From positions 20,023-84,022 of the forward strand of contig VEQR01000002.1 of assembly GCA_018883125.1 (NCBI GenBank): 64,000 bases of DNA. Reading direction: 5' to 3'. Positions 48,387-55,558 of this stretch are shown here, piece after piece. This DNA is from Candidatus Kapaibacterium sp. Lineage in GTDB: Bacteria; Bacteroidota; Ignavibacteria; Kapaibacteriales; Kapaibacteriaceae. The notes under the pieces are model-generated. The model had not been told where the DNA came from, did no database searches, and saw only the letters and a list, made by a program, of their open reading frames with translations. The position numbers were made by a program, and so were the translations under genes. How positions within the stretch are numbered: position 1 is the stretch's first letter; each line of letters opens with the position of its first letter.

Positions 48387-49247
48387 CTAGTAATCCAGTT
48401 GCCCCATCGCCCCCTGACGGAAATCAAGGAAGGCCTGACGGATCTCATCTTCAGTATTCATCACAAACGGACCGTAGGCAATCATCGGTTCTTCAAGGGG
48501 CTCCCCTGCCAGCAGAAGGATACTTGTTGGTTCGATTGCCTCGAGAGAGATACTCTGGCCGTTATCGGCAAAGACCACAAGCTTGTGGCGGTCAACGACA
48601 TGCTCGTTATTCACGCGAAGCGAACCGCCGAGGACGTACAGTAAGAGCGTACGCATGGGCGGTACGTCGATCTCACCGGTAGCACCAGCATCGATGGTGC
48701 CCATGGCTGCCATGATGGGTGACTGGGTTGTTGCCGGACCTCGCTTGCCTGCGAACTCACCGGCAACCAGCTGCAGCTGGCCAGCGCCATCGAGGATGCT
48801 GACGGTTGGAATACTCTCGCGATGGATCTCCTGATAAGCCGGCGACATCATCTTCTTTTCTGCCGGCAGGTTTATCCAGAGCTGAATGATCTCCAGCTCG
48901 CCCCCGTCACGCAGAATCTGCTCAGAGGGCCCTTCGCTGTGAATGATGCCGCTTCCGCTGGTAATCCACTGCACCTCGCCGGAGCTGATGGATCCTTCGT
49001 TGCCGAGGGAGTCCCGGTGCAGCAGACTCCCTCGGTAGACGAATGAAACGGGTTCGAATCCACGATGTGGATGAGGATCGACGCGCCCATGAAACTCACC
49101 CGGCACCACAGGCTGCGGTCCAGCATGGTGCAGCAGAATGAACGGATCTGCATCGCGTAATGCCGCCACCGGAAGGGGCTGCTTTACGTTCAAAGGTCCG
49201 ACATTCGTCAGTAGTGAGTCAGTGATGATTGACACGGGGCGAAGCAT
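48387..49247 (-). CDS. Pirin-family protein (bicupin)
   Basis: 286 aa. The motif HPHRGFEPVSFVYRG and the two-cupin layout are present. Confidence 0.88.
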   Translation of the reverse strand: MLRPVSIITDSLLTNVGPLNVKQPLPVAALRDADPFILLHHAGPQPVVPGEFHGRVDPHPHRGFEPVSFVYRGSLLHRDSLGNEGSISSGEVQWITSGSGIIHSEGPSEQILRDGGELEIIQLWINLPAEKKMMSPAYQEIHRESIPTVSILDGAGQLQLVAGEFAGKRGPATTQSPIMAAMGTIDAGATGEIDVPPMRTLLLYVLGGSLRVNNEHVVDRHKLVVFADNGQSISLEAIEPTSILLLAGEPLEEPMIAYGPFVMNTEDEIRQAFLDFRQGAMGQLDY

Positions 49248-49250
49248 GGC

Positions 49251-49775
49251 TTAGCTCTTCTGAAGTTGGATGTTGAGGATAAGCTTGACGGCGTCGGACA
49301 CAACAATACCGCCGGCTTCGGTGACCGCATCCCACGCAAGACCGAACTCTTTGCGGTTGATCGTACCGGAGATCTCAAATCCAGCCTTGGTGTTACCATA
49401 GAAATCGACCATCTGCCCGCCATACTCTGCAGACAACGCCACGCTCTTAGTGACGTCACGAATTGTCAGATCGCCTGTCAGGTCATACCTTCCATCGCCC
49501 TTTGGTGAGAATGCCGTAGAAACGAATCTCATCTTGGGATACGTTTCCGCAGCGAAGAAGTCTTCGCTCTTGAGGTGTCCATCACGCATATCATTCTTTG
49601 TCGAAATGCTGTTGACATCTGCCTCGAATACGATCGATGCGTCCGAAAAGTCCTCTTTCTCCGACTCCACCGTCACCGAATAACTCGTGAATTCTCCCGT
49701 GACCGTGTTGATCATGAGGTGCTTTACCTTGAACTGCACATCTGAGTGCAGCGAATCAACATTCCATGTTGCCAT
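49251..49775 (-). CDS. YceI-family (polyisoprenoid-binding) protein
   Basis: 174 aa. WNVDSLHSDVQFKVKHLMINTVTGEF is a typical YceI N-terminus. GGAG lies 6 nt upstream of the ATG. The stop is 3 nt before the pirin start. Confidence 0.85.
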   Translation of the reverse strand: MATWNVDSLHSDVQFKVKHLMINTVTGEFTSYSVTVESEKEDFSDASIVFEADVNSISTKNDMRDGHLKSEDFFAAETYPKMRFVSTAFSPKGDGRYDLTGDLTIRDVTKSVALSAEYGGQMVDFYGNTKAGFEISGTINRKEFGLAWDAVTEAGGIVVSDAVKLILNIQLQKS

Positions 49776-49814
49776 GTTGTTCTCCTGTGATGGTTGTGTG
49801 ATTAAAAATAGTTG

Positions 49815-49828
49815 CGTGTTGCAACACG
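49815..49828. promoter_or_regulatory. Perfect 14-bp palindrome CGTGTTGCAACACG upstream of yceI (candidate operator)
   Basis: It lies 40-53 nt upstream of the yceI ATG. On the minus strand it is followed by a TATTTTTA element resembling TAnnTTTG. Confidence 0.4.
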
Positions 49829-49847
49829 AATATATGGACGAAGTTTT

Positions 49848-49991
49848 GAATTACTGAGTTACTGAATTACTGAAGTACTGAAGTACGGAATTACTGAATT
49901 ACTGAAGTACTGAAGTACCGAATTACTGAATTACTGAATTACCGAATTACTGAAGTACTGAAGTACCGAAGTACCGAAGTACCGAAGTACT
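49848..49991. repeat. Left arm: 18 tandem 8-bp units GAA(T/G)TAC(T/C/G)
   Basis: Counted unit by unit: gaattact, gagttact, gaattact, gaagtact, gaagtacg, ... gaagtacc x3, gaagtact. There are stop codons in all frames, so it is non-coding. Confidence 0.95.
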
Positions 49992-50008
49992 TAGTTGCCC
50001 AACGACCT

Positions 50009-50176
50009 CCGTCATTCTGTAATTCAGTAACTCCGTCATTCTGTAATTCAGTAACTCCGTCATTTTGTAATTCCGTCATTCCGTCATTCCGTAATTCCGT
50101 CATTCCGTCATTCCGTAATTCCGTAACTCCGTACTTCAGTACTTCAGTACTTCAGTACTTCCGTCCCTCCGTCCCT
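50009..50176. repeat. Right arm: 21 tandem 8-bp units C(C/A/T)GT(A/C)(A/C)(T/C)T, inverted relative to the left arm
   Basis: The units are ccgtcatt, ctgtaatt, cagtaact, ... cagtactt x3, ccgtccct x2. Tandem cagtactt is the exact reverse complement of tandem gaagtact. The arm overlaps the last 41 nt of the deoC ORF. Confidence 0.95.
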
Positions 50177-50828
50177 CACTCACGATCCCAACGCCGCTTG
50201 ATGTTCCGAGGCGTGTTGCTCCGGCATTGATCATAGCAACAGCGGTTGCGGCATCTCGGATGCCCCCTGAGGCTTTGACTTGGACGTTTGGGCCGACATG
50301 CAGACGAAGCAACCGGACATCATCAAGTGTTGCACCGCCGGTTGAGAAGCCGGTAGAGGTTTTGATGAAGTCTGCTCCAGCCTCGGTTACGGCCTCGCAC
50401 ATCAGCAGCTTTTCTTCGTTGGTGAGCAGGCAGGTTTCGATGATGACCTTAACGATCGCACCGTGATCGTGCACCGCCGACGTGACATCGCGGATATCCG
50501 CGAACAGCCGATCTCGTTGACCGCTTTTGAGTGCGGTAATAGAGGCAACCATGTCGATCTCGCTGGCCCCATTCTTGATAGATTCAACGGCTTCGTAAAC
50601 CTTCGTAGTTGTTGCGCTGGCCCCAAGTGGAAAGCCGATAACGGTACAGATTGGCAGCGGATGAGCGCCTCTTATAAGTGCTGCGTCGGCAACATGCCAT
50701 GGTAGAATGCAAACACTGGCAAAGCGGTGCGTTATCGCTTCGTGAACAAGCGTACGAACATTGTCCAGCGTACTGTCGGGCTTGAGAACAGTATGGTCGA
50801 TCGTTGATGCGAGAGAGGAGACATCCAT
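50136..50828 (-). CDS. deoC: Deoxyribose-phosphate aldolase
   Basis: The ATG at 50828 gives MDVSSLASTIDHTVLKPDST. The motif FIKTSTGF contains the Schiff-base Lys. The final ~14 codons (..EGRRDGSTEVLKY) are encoded by the 8-bp repeat array. Confidence 0.88.
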   Translation of the reverse strand: MDVSSLASTIDHTVLKPDSTLDNVRTLVHEAITHRFASVCILPWHVADAALIRGAHPLPICTVIGFPLGASATTTKVYEAVESIKNGASEIDMVASITALKSGQRDRLFADIRDVTSAVHDHGAIVKVIIETCLLTNEEKLLMCEAVTEAGADFIKTSTGFSTGGATLDDVRLLRLHVGPNVQVKASGGIRDAATAVAMINAGATRLGTSSGVGIVSEGRRDGSTEVLKY

Positions 50829-50841
50829 GGCAAGGGGCGTT

Positions 50842-52488
50842 TTATTGTCCGTCGATCTCCCGTCCAATGATCTGGGGTGGACGGAACTGGTGGAGACCGA
50901 AGGCAGAAAAGAGTTGATTGACAGCAAAGATCAGACCGGACATACGACCAGTCAGTGGGTCATAGGCAACATCAAAGCGAAAGGAAGCATTCGTTCCGGA
51001 CGCTTTGAGATTGTGGATGCGGATACCGGCACCGACAGCATTGCGGTATCTGGAAGAAAGGAAACGGACATTCTGGTCGAATACCGTTCCGACATCATGG
51101 AATAGCACACCGCTTAGACCAAAGATCCAGAGCTGCCAACGTGGGAACCAGCGCAGTTCGGTATTCATCACAAATCGACTGTCACCAGCGAGACCATTTG
51201 CATCCAGACCTCTCATTCCCGATTCCGGATCTAAAACAAGTTGATGAAACCCATTCCAGTTCCAGACCGTTTGCGAGCGCAGCCGTGAGGTCAGCACAAG
51301 TGCTGGGTCGATACGCCAATGCGCAATGCCGAGCAATTCAAGGGACGTATTGCGCGCATTTGAACCAACAAAACCAGTGCCTGCAGCGATGCGGCCAAAT
51401 GCATACATCGTGGGGGTGACAAGGTTCGACTGTTCTGCTTCGCCGGCGATGTACCACATCGGTTGCGAGCCGCTACCCATCGAAAACACTCGGCCAAGTG
51501 TTGCAGAACCCCACGCCCCTTGCTGAAGATCTTCCGTCTCGTAGCCATTGAGAAATTGGGTCCGAGAAAAACGCTGAGAGATTGATGAAAACCCAACGAG
51601 TATGTGAGCTGTGTTGTCGAATGCCTGACGTGACGTGGGATCCACCCGCTGCACATCACTCGCACGAACTGCGCCGGTCACAAAAAGCCGATCGCGCTCG
51701 CCGTCAGCTTGCGAGATCCACGCATCGATGGTTCGCTCACGAAACGGCAACAGTCGCGGCGAGGCGCCTTCAGCGCCGTAGGCGAAGTCACTGCCGAAGG
51801 CATTCGTAAAGCGGAGGTTAAAGGCCCATGGCGTGAACAGACGCCAGTATGGCTGACCGATCACAACATCTTGGTCTGTGCGAAACCGGTTTGACGTAAC
51901 GGCAAGGTTAGCGCTGATTCCGCTTCGGAGAAAGCGTCGAAGGCTCAGCTCGAATGTGCCCTGAAGCCCAATGTCGTTCTCGGTGCGGCGGATGCCCAGC
52001 ACCTTGGCTCGTGATGCCGTACCGAGCAGGTTGTATTCTTCCAATTGGATTCCATAGGTAGCGATTCCACCACCTGTTGAGAAGACGACAGCAGGATCGA
52101 GTGACCAACGGTCCTGCGCCTCGATGACAACGTCCACGCTGTCGCCATCGACGTGATGCTGCACACTGACCTTACTGAAGACCCGTGTCAAACGAAGCAC
52201 ACGCTCTGTTTCGAGAAGATCCACCGTATCGAGATCATCACCGATATCGAAGAATATCTCGTCATCAAGCACATAGGGCTTTGTCAACACATGCAGACTG
52301 TTCAGCCACGATGCGCCAAAGAACCAGTCTCTATCGCCGGTGCCAAACACATCTTTCTGATCGATGCGCACAGATCGGATGGTTGGTGTCTCAGCCGACT
52401 TCTGCGCGTAAACAGGCAGAGCATGTAGCATCGTCAGCACGCCAAGGATCCACGGTAATGCTCTGACAAGGGGCTTTCGTGGCCTCAC
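50842..52488 (-). CDS. Omp85/BamA-TamA-family outer-membrane protein (POTRA + surface-antigen barrel)
   Basis: 548 aa. Signal peptide ..ALPWILGVLTMLHALPVYAQ. It has a POTRA-like N-terminal domain and a long barrel region ending ..FGLHQF-containing tail. The GTG start overlaps the ptsI stop (GTGA). Confidence 0.7.
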   Translation of the reverse strand: MRPRKPLVRALPWILGVLTMLHALPVYAQKSAETPTIRSVRIDQKDVFGTGDRDWFFGASWLNSLHVLTKPYVLDDEIFFDIGDDLDTVDLLETERVLRLTRVFSKVSVQHHVDGDSVDVVIEAQDRWSLDPAVVFSTGGGIATYGIQLEEYNLLGTASRAKVLGIRRTENDIGLQGTFELSLRRFLRSGISANLAVTSNRFRTDQDVVIGQPYWRLFTPWAFNLRFTNAFGSDFAYGAEGASPRLLPFRERTIDAWISQADGERDRLFVTGAVRASDVQRVDPTSRQAFDNTAHILVGFSSISQRFSRTQFLNGYETEDLQQGAWGSATLGRVFSMGSGSQPMWYIAGEAEQSNLVTPTMYAFGRIAAGTGFVGSNARNTSLELLGIAHWRIDPALVLTSRLRSQTVWNWNGFHQLVLDPESGMRGLDANGLAGDSRFVMNTELRWFPRWQLWIFGLSGVLFHDVGTVFDQNVRFLSSRYRNAVGAGIRIHNLKASGTNASFRFDVAYDPLTGRMSGLIFAVNQLFSAFGLHQFRPPQIIGREIDGQ

Positions 52489-54236
52489 GAAGAAGCCCCT
52501 TTCGTGCTTGAACTGCGAAACGCATCAATATGTGAACGAACCTCGGCGGCGGTTCTGCTGCGAATTGATATGTCGGCAAGGCGCTGACACGACTCAGCAT
52601 CCAGCTCGCGGACGCGACGTCGCACGTCGTGAAGGGCAAAGGAAGAGACACTCACACCACTTACTCCAAGACCAACCAGCACATCTATGGCTGCACTTTG
52701 ACCAGCCATCTCGCCGCACACCGTAACAGGAATGCCCGCCGAGCGTGCAGCAGAGACCGTCATAGAGATCAGCTTCAGCACAGACGGGTGTAGTCCGTCT
52801 GAAATGCCCGCAACAAGATCGTTCGTGCGGTCGATCGCCAATGTGTACTGCGTGAGGTCATTCGTGCCGATGGAAAAGAAGTCCACCTGCGAGGCAAACG
52901 ATTCAGCAGAAAGAGCCGCCGCCGGCGTTTCGATCATGATACCGATCGGCACGTCCGGACAATCACCATGAGCCTCAGTATGTGCCGCGCGGCATGCGGC
53001 AATGATCTCGAGTGCGCGGTCGAGCTCCTGCTGTGTGGTGATCATCGGCAGCATGCATCGGATGGGCCGTTCACGGGCAACCATGAGCAGAGCCGTGAAC
53101 TGATCGCGGAGGATATCAGGCTGCGATAAAAGGAAGCGGATGCCTCGCAGGCCCAAGGCAGGATTGTCCTCGACGTAGGTCTGCCCAACATCGATCTTAT
53201 CTCCGCCAAAGTCGAACGCACGGATCGTGATGGGCAGCTCACCCGCATTCTGGCAGATCTGACCATACCAGCGCACCTGTTCGTCGATGCTCGGGATCTC
53301 ATTGATGCTGGCGATCATCATCTCTGAGCGGACCAAGCCTAGTCCTTCGGCACCAAGGCGCAGCGCAACAGGCACCTGCTCCGGCACGTCGATGTTCGCC
53401 TCAATGGTGATCCGCACACCGTCCAGGCTGTGGATCGGAGTGTGATCGACATCCTCCTGAAGCAGACGCTGCTGACGTTCATCATCCTGCTGACGCTGAT
53501 AGTGCTCCAGCGTTGATGCGCCGGGATTACATATCACCACTCCGGCAGAACCATCAATGATCAGCAGGTCACCATCGTGGATGCGCGTCATCGAATGCGC
53601 TACGCTCACAACCGCCGGAACACCAAAATCACGAGCGATGATCGAAGAATGGGCATCAATACCACCCGACTGCATCACATAGCCCCGTACCCCAAGCTGC
53701 CGATCTGCGAGCATGTCATGGGGCGACACAGTATCGGCCACGACGATGCTTTCGCCATCTCGACGAACCTGCGGCACTCCCGTGCGAAGTGCCGAGAGCA
53801 TCTGCTCTTTCATGTGGTCAAGATCACTGACGCGATCGCGGAACATCGAATTTGTCGATGCAAGCAGGGTACGTCGTTGGCGTTCGAACTCATGAACAAC
53901 AGCCGCTTCCGAGGATACGCCGCTGGAAATCCTGTCAATGATATCGGCACTAAGCACCGGGTCCGTAACGATCATCTGGTGCGCTTCAAGGATCGAACTC
54001 AGCGTGGGCGACTCCCTGCGAGCGCGTTCAGCGATATTGTCGAGCTCCTCGGCCACAACCTGCTGGGCATGACGAAAGCGTTCCGTCTCACTATCCACGT
54101 CACCGCGAGGAGGAGGCACAGGAGCCCCTTCCCACCAGAGTGGATGTACGATCACGGCCCGTCCAATAGCGATCCCTGCCGAGGCAGGCAGGCCTCGGAG
54201 GAGATGTTCGGACGAAGGTGCTTTCGGATCGGTCAT
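52485..54236 (-). CDS. ptsI: Phosphoenolpyruvate-protein phosphotransferase (PTS Enzyme I)
   Basis: 583 aa. The active-site His region is GGIDAHSSIIARDFGVPAVV. The PEP-utiliser motifs FFSIGTNDLTQY and CGEMAG are present. Confidence 0.92.
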   Translation of the reverse strand: MTDPKAPSSEHLLRGLPASAGIAIGRAVIVHPLWWEGAPVPPPRGDVDSETERFRHAQQVVAEELDNIAERARRESPTLSSILEAHQMIVTDPVLSADIIDRISSGVSSEAAVVHEFERQRRTLLASTNSMFRDRVSDLDHMKEQMLSALRTGVPQVRRDGESIVVADTVSPHDMLADRQLGVRGYVMQSGGIDAHSSIIARDFGVPAVVSVAHSMTRIHDGDLLIIDGSAGVVICNPGASTLEHYQRQQDDERQQRLLQEDVDHTPIHSLDGVRITIEANIDVPEQVPVALRLGAEGLGLVRSEMMIASINEIPSIDEQVRWYGQICQNAGELPITIRAFDFGGDKIDVGQTYVEDNPALGLRGIRFLLSQPDILRDQFTALLMVARERPIRCMLPMITTQQELDRALEIIAACRAAHTEAHGDCPDVPIGIMIETPAAALSAESFASQVDFFSIGTNDLTQYTLAIDRTNDLVAGISDGLHPSVLKLISMTVSAARSAGIPVTVCGEMAGQSAAIDVLVGLGVSGVSVSSFALHDVRRRVRELDAESCQRLADISIRSRTAAEVRSHIDAFRSSSTKGASS

Positions 54237-54254
54237 AGCGTGGTCGATAACTCC

Positions 54255-54521
54255 TTACTGTTCACCAAACCCCGATGAAAAAAGTCCGGCGATAGCATCC
54301 GCAGCAGACTGTTCATCAACACCGTCAACCTCGAGCTGCAGCTCGCTGCCGTGCTCGGCGGCAAGGGTCATCACGCCGATGATGCTTTTAGCGTTGATAT
54401 GAAATCCATCCTTGACCAGATGTACATCACTGGCAAAAGTGGCAGCAAGCTTCACCAGCATTGCTGCCGGACGAGTGTGAAGGCCGGCCCTATTCATGAC
54501 CCGCACTGTCCGCTGCGTCAT
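54255..54521 (-). CDS. ptsH: Phosphocarrier protein HPr
   Basis: 88 aa. GLHTRPAA holds the His15 equivalent and NAKSIIGVMTL holds the Ser46 equivalent. The start overlaps the tsaC stop as ATGA. Confidence 0.9.
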   Translation of the reverse strand: MTQRTVRVMNRAGLHTRPAAMLVKLAATFASDVHLVKDGFHINAKSIIGVMTLAAEHGSELQLEVDGVDEQSAADAIAGLFSSGFGEQ

Positions 54522-55501
54522 ACTGCTTCATCCCCTGATTGACCACCAGATTCCGATGCCTTGTCAAGGCGATTCATAAGCGCCTCATTTCGAGACAACT
54601 CATCGTCACAAAGTACTATGATGCGCTCAACCTGCAAGGCGTCTGCACGACGGAATTCATCATACAATGTTGCGGCGTTTACCATTCGTGCATTCAAATC
54701 CGCGTTGCGCTCTACCGATATAGCGGATGTAAGGACAACGGCACGTTCAGCAGGATTTTCTGCAAGCATGTCTTGCACCTGTTCGGGGCTTCTGCAGATC
54801 ACCACCCGGGCCTTGGGCGCATAGTGCCTGTAGCGGGTGCCCGGAGACCGATGCCTTTGATCGGCCTCGTTGGCCGATCGGACAAACAGCTCAGGAAGTG
54901 CGTGCCGCAGGTCATCCGCTGAGAGAGCCCCCTGCCGCAGAATCAGGCATTCCGAGCCGATCACGCGCACCACGGTGCTCTCCAATCCGTGCTCGCATGC
55001 CCCCCCGTCAATGATCATCAGTTCATCACCAAAATCATCCAGTACGTGCTGGGCTCGCGTTGGACTCGGACGACCACTAATGTTGGCGCTTGGAGCTGCA
55101 AGGGGGCTTTGGGTACCCCGCAGTATCTCGAGTGCAACCGGATGGGCGGGCATGCGGATCGCTACCGTATCCAGGCCGGCACTGACCAGATCCGAGACCT
55201 TTGAGCTGCGCGAAACGACAACCGTCAGTGGTCCGGGCCAGAACACCTCGGCCAAACGTCGAAGAATATTCTGATCTCTTGATGCCGTTAGCTCGAGTGC
55301 CTGATCAACTGCATGGACATGCACGATAAGTGGATTATCCGAGGGACGTCTTTTCAGTTTGAACACCCGGCGAATTGCCTCCGGACGGTCGATTGAGCAC
55401 GCCAGACCGTAGACCGTCTCGGTGGGAATGGCCACCACGCCACCGTCATTCAGCACCTGGCAGGCCTGTCGAACGGAATGGGATGTGGCAGGATGGATCA
55501 T
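54518..55501 (-). CDS. tsaC: L-threonylcarbamoyladenylate synthase (Sua5/YwlC/TsaC type with C-terminal Sua5 domain)
   Basis: The ATG at 55501 gives MIHPATSHSVRQACQVLNDGGVVAIPTETVYGLA. The motifs SANISGRPSPT and HYAP are present, and the protein is ~327 aa. Confidence 0.88.
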   Translation of the reverse strand: MIHPATSHSVRQACQVLNDGGVVAIPTETVYGLACSIDRPEAIRRVFKLKRRPSDNPLIVHVHAVDQALELTASRDQNILRRLAEVFWPGPLTVVVSRSSKVSDLVSAGLDTVAIRMPAHPVALEILRGTQSPLAAPSANISGRPSPTRAQHVLDDFGDELMIIDGGACEHGLESTVVRVIGSECLILRQGALSADDLRHALPELFVRSANEADQRHRSPGTRYRHYAPKARVVICRSPEQVQDMLAENPAERAVVLTSAISVERNADLNARMVNAATLYDEFRRADALQVERIIVLCDDELSRNEALMNRLDKASESGGQSGDEAV

Positions 55502-55558
55502 ACGACAAGTATACCGCTCCACGCGGTTCCGGCCTACCGGACGTAGTTTTGCGCCACT

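Noticed and set aside
48287-48682. 131-aa ORF starting inside the 7-bp repeat
   Set aside because: Its N-terminus is a translation of the repeat (GFGFWVLGYRLWV) and the rest is antisense to the pirin gene.
49848-50176. The repeat array considered as a CRISPR locus or as coding repeats
   Set aside because: The units are only 8 bp, directly abutting with no spacers, and they form two inverted blocks. Stop codons occur in every frame. It is kept as an unexplained structural repeat instead.
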